Of a stretch of 64,000 nucleotides of DNA, positions 30,361 through 39,442 are shown piece by piece. The notes beneath the pieces are model-generated. The model saw nothing but the letters and a program-made list of their open reading frames with translations. It was not told the DNA's origin and did no database searches. The DNA comes from an uncultured Salinivenus sp. (GTDB taxonomy: Bacteria > Bacteroidota > Rhodothermia > Rhodothermales > Salinibacteraceae), in NCBI GenBank assembly GCA_964519235.1, contig CAZFJR010000002.1, positions 1,334 through 65,333 of the forward strand. Direction: 5' to 3'. The position numbers and the translations under genes are program-made. Position 1 is the first letter of the stretch. Each line of letters starts with the position of its first letter.

Positions 30361-30393
30361 CAGCGAAAATCGCCGGGGCGGAAAACATTTCCC
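30361..30393. promoter_or_regulatory. Paired enhancer-like sites upstream of fliS
   Basis: CAGCGAAAATCGCCG (30361-30375) and CGGAAAACATTTCCC (30379-30393). Confidence 0.45.
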
Positions 30394-30455
30394 CACGATG
30401 TGACGGACGACGTTTCTTTTCGCGCCTCGCCGTCGCTTTCGGCTTCGCTTATCCG

Positions 30456-30472
30456 TTGGATCTAAATTTGCA
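30456..30472 (+). promoter_or_regulatory. Candidate sigma54 promoter of fliS
   Basis: TTGGATCTAAATTTGCA: canonical GG-N10-GC spacing. Confidence 0.6.
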
Positions 30473-30481
30473 TCCCCCATC

Positions 30482-30796
30482 ATGTACAGCGCACGACAGC
30501 AGTACCAGCAGCAGGCGGTCCAGACGTCCTCGCCCGAAAAACTGATCGACAAGCTCTACAGCGCCGGCATTCAGGCGTGTCACCAGGAGGACCGAGATCG
30601 GCTTCGCGATGTGCTCTTGGAGCTGGTGAAGGCGCTAAACGTGGAGCAGGGCGGCGAGCTGGCCGAGCGCCTGCAGGCCATCTACGAGTTCTGCATCAAC
30701 GAAAGCGCGACTGGGGACCTAGACATGATCCGTGAACTGCTTGAGGAACTGCGCGAAGGCTGGCGGGAGGGCGTGCTCGACACACAGCCGGCCTAA
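30482..30796 (+). CDS. fliS: Flagellin chaperone FliS
   Basis: QYQQQAVQTSSPEKLI..LY, GGELA.RL..IY, ELREGW. Confidence 0.92.
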   Translation: MYSARQQYQQQAVQTSSPEKLIDKLYSAGIQACHQEDRDRLRDVLLELVKALNVEQGGELAERLQAIYEFCINESATGDLDMIRELLEELREGWREGVLDTQPA

Positions 30797-30846
30797 GCGC
30801 CATCGCCCCTCTCCCCCAACGCCTCCAACCGACCACACGCGGACCC

Positions 30847-32328
30847 ATGGCGACTCCCATCAGCAATTCGAGTTTAAGCCCCGTGTACCAGCAGCTGATC
30901 CAGCGGACGCTCCGGGCCGAGAGTCAGCCCCGGGAGCGCCTGAAGGGGCGCCGGCAGCAGGAGAAGAACACCAAGTCGCTGGTGAGCGACCTCGACGGCA
31001 AGCTCTCGTCGCTGCAGAGCCAGCTTAGCACGCTCACAGACGAGATCACAAATCCGTTCGAGGGGCGCAGCGCGGGTGCCGAGGAGGGCACCGAGGCCTT
31101 CAGCGTGTCGGCGGACAAAAGTGCAGGTACGGGGACGCACAGTGTGGCGGTAGATCGCCTCGCCTCGGAAGACGGGCGCGTGTCGCGGACGTACAGCGCC
31201 GACGGCTCGGAACTGAGCACCTTCTTCGCCGACAACGGCCCACAAACCTTCGAGGTCGGGGTCGCTACGCCTACCGACAGCAATCCGGAGGCCCGCACGC
31301 AGATTAGCGTGACGGTGAACTCCAGCGGGAGCGACAACGAAGCGGTGCTGAAAGACGTCCGAACGGCCATCGACGACGCGTTCCAGACCGCCGTGGACGA
31401 CGGCACGATTTCCTCCGACGAGCGTCCGAACGTATCGGTGGTGACCCCCACGAGCAACACGGCCCGCCTCTCGGTGCGCAGCTCACAGACGGGCTACCAG
31501 GGGCGCCTCAACTTCTCGGACTCCGGGAGCACTCTGCTCTCGACGCTTCAAGTGAACGCCGACCAGTTGGCCAACGACACGCAGGGCGGAGAGCTAACCG
31601 AGGTGGGCACCGACGAGATCAGCTCGAAGCTCACCAGCCAGTTTACGCTGGACGGCCTGACGCTGACGCGCAACTCGAACGAGGTGGAAAACGCCCTGGA
31701 CGGGGTCACGATCAACCTCGACGAGGCCACCGGCACCGAGGCATCCTTCGAGGTGACCGCGGACGAGGAAGGCGCGAAAAGTGCCGTGAAGGAGTTTATT
31801 GGGCGGTTCAATGAGGTGAACAGCTTCCTTCAAGAAAAAACAAGGGTGAACCCCGACAGCGCCGAGCGCGGCGCGCTGGCCGACGACAGCACTTTCCGGC
31901 GGCTCCAGTTTCGGCTGCGCACCGACGCCACCCAACCGGTAGACGGCCAGCCGCAAGGGCTCAACAGCCTGCGGGACATCGGCATTGAGGCCAGCCGCGA
32001 CGGCACCCTGGAACTGAAGGACGAGGAGGCCCTCTTTGCGGCCCTGGAAGAGAACCAGGAGGGCGTGCGGCAGCTTTTTGCGGGCCCCGACGGGGTGGCC
32101 ACGCGCCTGGAGCGTCGGGTAGAGCGTTTCGCAGACACCGGCGGCCTCCTCGACGCCCGGGAGGACAGCATCGAGAGCACCATCGACCGCCTCGACGGTC
32201 GAATTGAGCAATTCAACGAGCGGCTCGAACGCCGCCAGCAGCAGCTGCGGGAACGCTACGCGCAGGTGGAAAAAACCATCCGGTCCCTCGCCAACCAGCA
32301 ACAGGCCCTGAGTGCCCGGCTCTTCTAG
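30847..32328 (+). CDS. fliD: Filament cap protein FliD
   Basis: FTLDG...RNSN, LDGVTINL, GALADD, LRDIGI, C-terminal coiled coil. Confidence 0.93.
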   Translation: MATPISNSSLSPVYQQLIQRTLRAESQPRERLKGRRQQEKNTKSLVSDLDGKLSSLQSQLSTLTDEITNPFEGRSAGAEEGTEAFSVSADKSAGTGTHSVAVDRLASEDGRVSRTYSADGSELSTFFADNGPQTFEVGVATPTDSNPEARTQISVTVNSSGSDNEAVLKDVRTAIDDAFQTAVDDGTISSDERPNVSVVTPTSNTARLSVRSSQTGYQGRLNFSDSGSTLLSTLQVNADQLANDTQGGELTEVGTDEISSKLTSQFTLDGLTLTRNSNEVENALDGVTINLDEATGTEASFEVTADEEGAKSAVKEFIGRFNEVNSFLQEKTRVNPDSAERGALADDSTFRRLQFRLRTDATQPVDGQPQGLNSLRDIGIEASRDGTLELKDEEALFAALEENQEGVRQLFAGPDGVATRLERRVERFADTGGLLDAREDSIESTIDRLDGRIEQFNERLERRQQQLRERYAQVEKTIRSLANQQQALSARLF

Positions 32329-32355
32329 TGCATCTTCCTCGCCCCTCACGCCCCC

Positions 32356-32715
32356 ATGCCCTCCCTCCCCGCTCTTCTCGATCGGCTTCTCCGCCTCGGC
32401 GAGCAAACCCTCGACGCCGCAGCGGCCGAGAACTGGACCCGCGTGGCCGCCCTCGTGGAGCAGCGTGCCGAGGTGGCCAAGCAGCTCGCCGCCCCGGCCC
32501 CCCAGTCTGCCTCCAAGGACCTGTCTCCGTCCGAACGGCGCGCCAAAGCGGACGCCCTCGCCGACCAGAACAAACGCTTAGGCGCCCTGCTGCGGGAGCG
32601 GCGGGAGGCCTTGAAGACGGAGCTGGCCCAGATTGGGGAGATCCGACAGGCCCAGAATTCCTACCAGGCCTCTCCGCCCCGCGACGGCGTCCTCCCCGAC
32701 AAACTTGCGGGCTGA
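32356..32715 (+). CDS. fliT: FliT-like chaperone
   Basis: Short helical protein with W..V..LVEQR motif after fliD. Confidence 0.6.
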   Translation: MPSLPALLDRLLRLGEQTLDAAAAENWTRVAALVEQRAEVAKQLAAPAPQSASKDLSPSERRAKADALADQNKRLGALLRERREALKTELAQIGEIRQAQNSYQASPPRDGVLPDKLAG

Positions 32716-32776
32716 GCCCCCTGCGCCCCCAGTCTGTCTGCCCTCGCCCATCCGCCCTCGCTCCCCGTTCGACCGT

Positions 32777-32803
32777 TTAAGGAATCCCGTCGCCCGCCGA
32801 TGA
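32777..32803 (+). promoter_or_regulatory. sigma28 promoter of flgM
   Basis: TTAA-N15-GCCGATGA. Confidence 0.8.
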
Positions 32804-32864
32804 CTATTAGTCAGCCCCAGGTGGACGCCCGAACGCCTCCTTTTTCCACAACCGTGCAGGAGCC

Positions 32865-33236
32865 ATGACCGTACAGAACAATCCATCGGCCGGCCCGGTG
32901 CAGCCCAACTCGGCTCGTAGCGACGAGGCCGAGCAGGCCCGCCAGGCCTCCCAAGCCGACGGCGCGGAGGGGACCGACGCCCCTCCCGACGAAGCCACAC
33001 CGGGTGATCGTGTCGAAATCTCCGACGCGGCCCGGGCTGCCCAGTCAGACGCGGCCGGCGACGCGGCGCTGGTCCAGCGCGCCCGTGAGGCCCTGAGCAC
33101 CTCCTCCCTCTCCGCCGAGCGGCTTTCGGAGCTGCGGGCCAATGCGGAGAGTGGGCGCTATACCGAGCCCGATGCCGTTCAGCAAACCGCCGAGGGGCTT
33201 GCCGACGATCTCGGGTCGCCTCCCAGCGAGTCGTAG
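32865..33236 (+). CDS. flgM: Anti-sigma28 factor FlgM
   Basis: DRVEISDAA, ERLSELR...ESGRY motifs. Confidence 0.85.
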   Translation: MTVQNNPSAGPVQPNSARSDEAEQARQASQADGAEGTDAPPDEATPGDRVEISDAARAAQSDAAGDAALVQRAREALSTSSLSAERLSELRANAESGRYTEPDAVQQTAEGLADDLGSPPSES

Positions 33237-33275
33237 ACGAATCGGGGGCGGGCACCACCGGCCGCCGCTTCTAAG

Positions 33276-34850
33276 CTAGATCGAAAACCCTTGCTCGCGG
33301 TAGCGCTGCAGCTTGTTGCGGATGGTGCGCGCGCTGATGCCGAGTTTTTCGGCGGCACCCTTCTGGCTTACGTCCTCCTTCGAGAGCGTATTCAGGATGA
33401 GCTTGCGCTCCATTTCGGCGATGGTTGGCGGGTCGCCGCCCTCCATGATCTCGCCAATCATGAGGCCGGCCTGCTCGGAGGAGGCTCGGCCCGCCCCTCC
33501 GTCGCCCGCGAAGAAGTGGTCCAGCACGTCGTCTTTCTCAATGCACTCGTCGTCCCCGGCCATCACCACTCCGCGGTGAATCATGTTTTCCAGCTCACGC
33601 ACGTTGCCGGGCCAGCTGTAGGCCTGGAAATACTGCAGGAGATCCGGCGCCAGCGTTTTGGGTGGCAGTTGGTACTGATGCGTGTACTTTTCGATAAAGT
33701 GCTCGGCCAGCACTGGAACGTCGGAGAGACGTCCTCGAAGGGGCGGTACATGCAGCGGGAACACCGCCAGCCGGTGGTACAGGTCTTCCCGGAACGTGCC
33801 CTCCTCCACCGCCGCTTCTAGATCGCGGTTGCTCGTGGCCACCACCCGCACGTCAACGGTTTTCGTCTCCGACGCCCCCACCTTCTGAAACTCTTGGGTC
33901 TGCAGCACGCGCAAGAGCTTCGCCTGCACCGACGGGGCAATCTCGGTAATCTCATCGAGCAGCAGCGTCCCCCCGTCGGCCTTTTCAAACGCCCCCACCA
34001 TGTCGTCCACCGCCCCGGTAAAGGCCCCCTCGACGTGCCCGAACAGATGGCTTTCCACCAGTTCGCTGGGCAGCGCGGCGCAGTTGACCGGCACGTAGGG
34101 CTGGTCGGCCCGCTGGCTGTTGTCGTGAACGAGGCGCGAGAGAATTTCTTTGCCGGTGCCGCTTTCGCCCTGCACGAAGACCGGGGCGCGGCTGCGTGCG
34201 ATGCGGGCCACCATCCGGCGCAGTTCCCGGACGCTTTCGTGCTCCCCTACAAACTGCGCGGCCCCCGGCTCGTACCCCTCGCCATCACAGGGCGCGAACG
34301 CTCCGCCGGACGTGCCGTTGTGTGAGGCGCCATTGTGTGAGGCGCCGTTCGCGGCGTCGTGCGCGTGGCCGTTGGCGTGCCCATTCGCCCGGCCGCCGGC
34401 CTGCCCATTGAGCGGGGCCGTGCCGCCGGCGCCCCCATGGGTCGCCTCCTCGGCGGCCGCGTCGAGCGCCGTTTTTACACGCTCCACCAGCTCGTCCGTG
34501 GAAAACGGCTTCGGAAGGAAATCCGCCGCCCCCTTCCGCATTGCCCGGACCGCCTGCTGCACGTTGTCCTGCGTGGACAGCAAAATGACCTCGACGTGCG
34601 GATGCGCTTCCTTGACGCGCTCCAGCAGCTCAATGCCGGTCATGGTTGGCATCTGAAAGTCGATCAGCGCAAGGTCCACGGCGCGGTCCTCCAGAAGCGA
34701 CAGGGCCTCTTCGCCGCCGGTGCAGGTGGTAACCTGAATCCCCTCACGCGGGAACAGCCGTTCCAGAACGCCATGGATGGCCACCTCGTCGTCGACGGCC
34801 AGCACGTGAGGAGAATCGGACGGCGCAGAGGAAGCGGATGGACTCTTCAT
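33276..34850 (-). CDS. sigma54-dependent response regulator (FleR/FlgR/FlbD-like)
   Basis: REC (VDDE, LIDFQMP, PKP), GESGTGKE, GAFTGA, WPGNVRELEN, Fis-type HTH. Confidence 0.95.
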   Translation of the reverse strand: MKSPSASSAPSDSPHVLAVDDEVAIHGVLERLFPREGIQVTTCTGGEEALSLLEDRAVDLALIDFQMPTMTGIELLERVKEAHPHVEVILLSTQDNVQQAVRAMRKGAADFLPKPFSTDELVERVKTALDAAAEEATHGGAGGTAPLNGQAGGRANGHANGHAHDAANGASHNGASHNGTSGGAFAPCDGEGYEPGAAQFVGEHESVRELRRMVARIARSRAPVFVQGESGTGKEILSRLVHDNSQRADQPYVPVNCAALPSELVESHLFGHVEGAFTGAVDDMVGAFEKADGGTLLLDEITEIAPSVQAKLLRVLQTQEFQKVGASETKTVDVRVVATSNRDLEAAVEEGTFREDLYHRLAVFPLHVPPLRGRLSDVPVLAEHFIEKYTHQYQLPPKTLAPDLLQYFQAYSWPGNVRELENMIHRGVVMAGDDECIEKDDVLDHFFAGDGGAGRASSEQAGLMIGEIMEGGDPPTIAEMERKLILNTLSKEDVSQKGAAEKLGISARTIRNKLQRYREQGFSI

Positions 34851-34974
34851 TTTATTTCGGGGGCGTAAAAATTCGAGCAGAGCAGCGGAAAGGACCGGTG
34901 GTGGCAGCGGCCGTGGCGGCGGGACCGTGGAAAGCCGACCGGGGAGCCGGACGTCCTCTTTGGAGGCAGACTCT

Positions 34975-35784
34975 TTAGAGGCGGAGGGTAAAGCACGTGC
35001 CGCCTTCCTCGACGCTGTTGGTGGTGAGCGTCAGTGTGCCCTCGTGCCGGGCTGCAATGTGTGCCGCGATGGGGAGGCCCAGCCCGAGACGCCGCGGATG
35101 AGTGCTGTAGAACGGTTCAAACAGCACGGCGGGGTCGTCCTGCTCGATCTCTCCCTCGTTCCACACCTCGAACGCAAGGGCAGAATCGGTCGCCTCGCCC
35201 TCCAAGTCGCGGCGGACCGCTCGGAGCCGCACCTCGGCTGCAGGACCCGAGGCCTCGAGGGCGTTCTGCAGAAGGTTGAGCAGCGCCTGCCGGAGCAGTC
35301 GCGGATCGGCCCTCACAGTGCCGTCGGCAGACGGCTCCACCTCTGTGCGCACACGCTCGCGGTTCACGTCGCCGAGCAGGTGCACCGCGCCCTGGGCCAC
35401 GCCAGACACCGGAACGCTGCGCGGGGCCGGCTCCAACGACCGACTGTAGTGACGGAGATCGGACAGGAGGTCGTTGATCTTGTCCGAAGCCTCGAAAAGC
35501 TCCATCGCAATCTCTCGCCGCTCGCGGTCGTCGCGGGCGTCCATCAGAAGGTCGGCGTACCCGGAGATGGTGCTGGTCAGGGTTCCAAGGCGGCGCGTAA
35601 GAACACCGGACAGCCGCTTTAGGGCGTTGTCCTTTTCGTCCAGGGCGCCTGGACGGTCGGTGGGGGAAGAACTTTCCGGGGACGACGAGCCCGCGGAGGT
35701 CTCTTCCGGTGAAAAATGAGAGTGAGACGCAGCAGAGAATAACGAAGGAGCCATGAGGCGCTGCCGCACAGGTGGATAGGACAT
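34975..35784 (-). CDS. Cytoplasmic histidine-kinase-like protein lacking the phosphoacceptor His
   Basis: DHp-like helix TRRLGTLTSTISGYA; N-box NLLQNA; FEPFYST and GLGL; no sensor domain; start 35784 or 35754. Confidence 0.85.
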   Translation of the reverse strand: MSYPPVRQRLMAPSLFSAASHSHFSPEETSAGSSSPESSSPTDRPGALDEKDNALKRLSGVLTRRLGTLTSTISGYADLLMDARDDRERREIAMELFEASDKINDLLSDLRHYSRSLEPAPRSVPVSGVAQGAVHLLGDVNRERVRTEVEPSADGTVRADPRLLRQALLNLLQNALEASGPAAEVRLRAVRRDLEGEATDSALAFEVWNEGEIEQDDPAVLFEPFYSTHPRRLGLGLPIAAHIAARHEGTLTLTTNSVEEGGTCFTLRL

Positions 35785-36004
35785 CGCGTTCTGTTTTTTA
35801 GGGTCCCAAAGTGCACGCCGAGACGCCATCCCTTCGTGGAAAAGGCGTCTCGGGAAGCTCAGGCAACTTTTTCTTCTTTCGGGAGCGTGGAGGGTTGTAA
35901 AACGGGAAGGAGTTATTACCCAATCCGTCAATGCCTCGTCTTCCCTTCCCTGCGCCGGCTCGTGGGAGGTGGGCGCCGAGGAGCCGTTGTCTTGGCGTTC
36001 CAGG

Positions 36005-36019
36005 TGGCACAGTGCTTGT
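36005..36019 (+). promoter_or_regulatory. Candidate sigma54 promoter of the flgB operon
   Basis: TGGCACAGTGCTTGT: perfect -24 element, -12 TTGT. Confidence 0.65.
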
Positions 36020-36065
36020 TTGCTTCTGCATCTCCCAGGCCCCCCGAACACTTCCGCCCGCTTCC

Positions 36066-36404
36066 ATGGACACGGCCAAACTCAGCCTTCTTCGGAACGC
36101 GATGACGGCGTACGCCAAGCGGCGCCGGGCCCTGTCGCACAATCTCGCCAACATTGATACCCCCGGGTACGACCGCACCGCGGTCACCTTCGAACAGGAG
36201 CTTCGGGAGGCCCGCACCTCCACCGGCCTCGGCCGTCGTCCATCGGCGGTAACGGCCCGCGTGGAGGTACAGGACGAAGCCCCAGTCCTCGAAAACGAAC
36301 TGATGGCGCTTTCGGACACGCAGATGCGGACCCAGCTCGCGTCTCGTGCCCTGAGCGAACACTTCGATCTCATGCGGACCGGCATCACGGGGCAGTCGCG
36401 CTAG
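36066..36404 (+). CDS. flgB: Proximal rod protein FlgB
   Basis: SHNLANIDTPGY, LENELM; precedes flgC. Confidence 0.9.
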   Translation: MDTAKLSLLRNAMTAYAKRRRALSHNLANIDTPGYDRTAVTFEQELREARTSTGLGRRPSAVTARVEVQDEAPVLENELMALSDTQMRTQLASRALSEHFDLMRTGITGQSR

Positions 36405-36449
36405 CGCCCCGCCCCTCTCGCGTCGTCTTTCCCACTGCTTGTCGTCCCC

Positions 36450-36947
36450 ATGGCTTCCGGACCTCGCTTTCTGCCCTCCATGCGCACCGCGTCGCGCGGC
36501 ATGGCGGCCCAGCGCCGCAAACTGGCCGCCGCCACGGAAAACCTGGCCAACGCCAACACCTCCCGCACCGCCGACGGCGATCCGTACGCCTTGAAGCGCG
36601 TCGCACAGCAGGCCGGCGACGGCCGGGGCCGGTTCGACCAGTCGCTGAGCGACGCCACCCTGGAACTCCGCACCCCCGATGCCCAGCACCTGCCCGGCCG
36701 CCGCCTGCAGCTGGAGCGCGGGACGGACGATCTGGGTCCTACAACGGAGATCCGCGAGGTGGAGGCCGAGCGCCTGGAGTACGACCCCTCCCACCCCAAC
36801 GCCGATGAGGACGGATACGTGCACTACCCAGACGTGAATGTGGCTCAGGAAATGGCCCGCATGACGTCCGCCAACCGGGTCTATGAGGCCAACCTCTCGG
36901 CCGTGGACGCAACCAAGAAGATGGTCCGCGAGACCTTTAAGATCTAG
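36450..36947 (+). CDS. flgC: Proximal rod protein FlgC
   Basis: ENLANANT, YDPSHPNADEDGYV.YPDVN, YEAN. Confidence 0.96.
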   Translation: MASGPRFLPSMRTASRGMAAQRRKLAAATENLANANTSRTADGDPYALKRVAQQAGDGRGRFDQSLSDATLELRTPDAQHLPGRRLQLERGTDDLGPTTEIREVEAERLEYDPSHPNADEDGYVHYPDVNVAQEMARMTSANRVYEANLSAVDATKKMVRETFKI

Positions 36948-36997
36948 CGCTGGAGCCGCCCCCCGCTTCTCCCCTCGCCCGCTCTCCTGCCCCGCCC

Positions 36998-37312
36998 ATG
37001 AGCTCCGTATACTCGTCCTACGCTGCCGGCCGCGCCGCGTACACCCGTGGCCCCTCCGCGTCGGAGAAGGCCTCGTCCGCCGAGTCCCCTTCCGCCCCCG
37101 ACGATACGCAGGAGGCCTCTTCCAGCTCAAAACCGCAAGACACCGCGCTCGACAAGACGGCCCCGAGCAACCTCACCACGCAGGAGCAGCAAATGATTGA
37201 GGAGAGCTTTCCCGAAGACCCGGAGCTTTCCATGCGCCTCTACGGGCGGGGCCGCGACGCACAGACCGTCCGATCGAACTCCCTCGGCGGCAATCTCGAC
37301 GTAACGGGCTAG
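36998..37312 (+). CDS. Hypothetical flagellar-operon protein
   Basis: 104-aa ATG ORF between flgC and fliE; ordered C-terminus LTTQEQQMI...FP...LGGNLDVTG. Confidence 0.75.
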   Translation: MSSVYSSYAAGRAAYTRGPSASEKASSAESPSAPDDTQEASSSSKPQDTALDKTAPSNLTTQEQQMIEESFPEDPELSMRLYGRGRDAQTVRSNSLGGNLDVTG

Positions 37313-37382
37313 CCGTCGCCCCAGGCGGGCTGCCTCCCGCCCCGCCGCTCCCGCCTTCCCTCCTCGGTTTCCTCTGTTCCCC

Positions 37383-37700
37383 ATGAAAGCTGCGCAGCTC
37401 CAACGCTTCCGGCAGGCCGCCCTCCAACAGTCGGACGACGGCGGCAGCGACCTGCCCGACCTGGAGGCCGCCACGGACGGGCCCGGCTTCGGCGACACCC
37501 TCGAACGCGCCATCGACAGCGTGAACGAATCGCAGGAGGTGGCCAACGAGAAGGTCAGCGCGTTTGTGGCCGGGGAAGAGCAAAACCTCCACGAGGTCAT
37601 GATCTCGATGAACCAGGCCAAGCTGCAGTTTGAACTGATGAACGAGGTTCGCAACCGCGGCCTCGACGCTTACAAGAAGCTTATGCAGACCCGGATCTAA
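37383..37700 (+). CDS. fliE: Hook-basal body protein FliE
   Basis: LHEVMISM..A, EVRNR..DAY..LM. Confidence 0.95.
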   Translation: MKAAQLQRFRQAALQQSDDGGSDLPDLEAATDGPGFGDTLERAIDSVNESQEVANEKVSAFVAGEEQNLHEVMISMNQAKLQFELMNEVRNRGLDAYKKLMQTRI

Positions 37701-37767
37701 CGCCTTCCCCTGCCTCCTTGCCCTCCCTCGTTGACGTCACCTCTCCCGAGCGGCCTCGCACTCGTTC

Positions 37768-39381
37768 ATGCAGTCCTTCCTCGCACGCACGCGTCAGCTT
37801 TTGGAGGATCTCTCGTTGGGGCAGCAGCTCGGGCTGGGCGGCATTGCCCTGGGCACGCTTGCCCTTCTCATCGGAATGGCGTACTGGTCCAATCAGCCGG
37901 ACTACACCCTTCTGTTTGGCGACCTGCAGCCGTCGGACGCCAATCGCGTCGTGCAGACGCTTCGCGAAGAGGGCACGCCCTACGAGCTGAAAAACCAGGG
38001 CACGTCCATCTACGTGCCCCGCTCGTCGGTGCACGAGCTTCGCCTCCGCTTCAGCTCCGAGGGGGTGATCCAAAACGGCCAGACCGGGTACGAGCTGTTC
38101 GATCAGGGCACGCTGGGGATGACCGACTTCATGCAGAAGCTCAACAGCAAGCGGGCCCTGGAAGGCGAGCTTGCCCACACCATCTCGCAGATTGGGCAGG
38201 TCCAGTCGGCCCGCGTGCACCTGGTCAAGCCCAAGCGGGACCCGTTCCGGGACCAGGGCGCCCAGGCCAGCGCGTCCGTCGTGCTCAACCTGGGGGGCAG
38301 CGCCCTGTCGCAGCCGCAGGTGCAAGGCATCTCGGAGCTGGTGAGCGGTGCCGTGGAAGGATTGGGGCCAGCCCAGGTCACCATCGTCGACGCGGACGGG
38401 ACCATGCTGTCCGATCCCCAGGCGGGCGACGAGGACATCCAACTCACCTCCACACAGCTCGACATGCAGCGCTCCGTGGAGCAGCAGCTGGTGGAGCGCG
38501 GGCAGTCCATGTTGCAGCGCGTGCTGGGCCAGGGCAACGCCGTTCTGCGGGTCTCCGCAGAGCTGGACTTCGACCGCACGGTCACGCAGCGCAACACGAT
38601 TGACCCCGAAAGTGCAACGGTCATCAGCGAGGAGCGCACGCGCCAGAACAACCAGGACTCAACTGAGGGCTCGTCGAGCTCCACGTCCACCGTGCGCAAC
38701 TACGAAGTAAGTCGCACCGAGCAGCGGTCCGAGGAAAGCGTGGGGGACGTCTCCCGGCTCACAGTGTCGGTGATGGTGGATCACAAAAAGACGGACGGCG
38801 ACGGGGAGCCCCCCGCCTACACGCCCCGCTCGGACGAGGAGATGCAGAAAATCGCGTCGGCCGTCAAAAACGCCGTTGGCTTCGACGCGAGCCGGGGCGA
38901 TAGCTTCACGATTCAGCAGACCCGTTTTGACGGGAGCCCCGCGCCCGCCGCACAGGGGATCGAGGACCCGGGCGGGGGGCCTTCCACGCGCCTGTACCTG
39001 CGGTACGGACTCCTCCTCCTGGCGCTCGGCGCGGCCGTGTGGCTGGTGCGCTCCATCGCCCAACGGCTTCTGGGGGACAAGGCCGCCGGCCCGGCCCAGC
39101 TGCAGGACGGGGCGGCCGGCGCCCGTCGGCTCGACGCCTCCGAGGCCGACGGGCAGCTCTCGGACGGCGACGCGGCCCCCAACGCGCTGGATGGAGACAC
39201 CGACGAGGAGGAGCTCGTGCTCGAGGACGACCTCTATACCAGCAAGCTGTCCGACGAAGCCAAAGCCCGCATCGAAGCCCGCAGCGAAATGTTTGAAGAG
39301 ATCCAGGAGCAGGTGGAGGACCACCCCGAGCAAACCGCCGAGTTGATTCGGGCGTGGCTCGTGGAGGATCGTTCTCTCTAG
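37768..39381 (+). CDS. fliF: MS-ring protein FliF
   Basis: GYELFD, GMTDF, RALEGELA, ARVHL, NYEV, two TM helices. Confidence 0.97.
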   Translation: MQSFLARTRQLLEDLSLGQQLGLGGIALGTLALLIGMAYWSNQPDYTLLFGDLQPSDANRVVQTLREEGTPYELKNQGTSIYVPRSSVHELRLRFSSEGVIQNGQTGYELFDQGTLGMTDFMQKLNSKRALEGELAHTISQIGQVQSARVHLVKPKRDPFRDQGAQASASVVLNLGGSALSQPQVQGISELVSGAVEGLGPAQVTIVDADGTMLSDPQAGDEDIQLTSTQLDMQRSVEQQLVERGQSMLQRVLGQGNAVLRVSAELDFDRTVTQRNTIDPESATVISEERTRQNNQDSTEGSSSSTSTVRNYEVSRTEQRSEESVGDVSRLTVSVMVDHKKTDGDGEPPAYTPRSDEEMQKIASAVKNAVGFDASRGDSFTIQQTRFDGSPAPAAQGIEDPGGGPSTRLYLRYGLLLLALGAAVWLVRSIAQRLLGDKAAGPAQLQDGAAGARRLDASEADGQLSDGDAAPNALDGDTDEEELVLEDDLYTSKLSDEAKARIEARSEMFEEIQEQVEDHPEQTAELIRAWLVEDRSL

Positions 39382-39442
39382 CCCCGCCGCCCTCGCCCAC
39401 CGCCCTCTCCGCGCATTCTCGCCGTTGTCCTCGCCCCCCATC

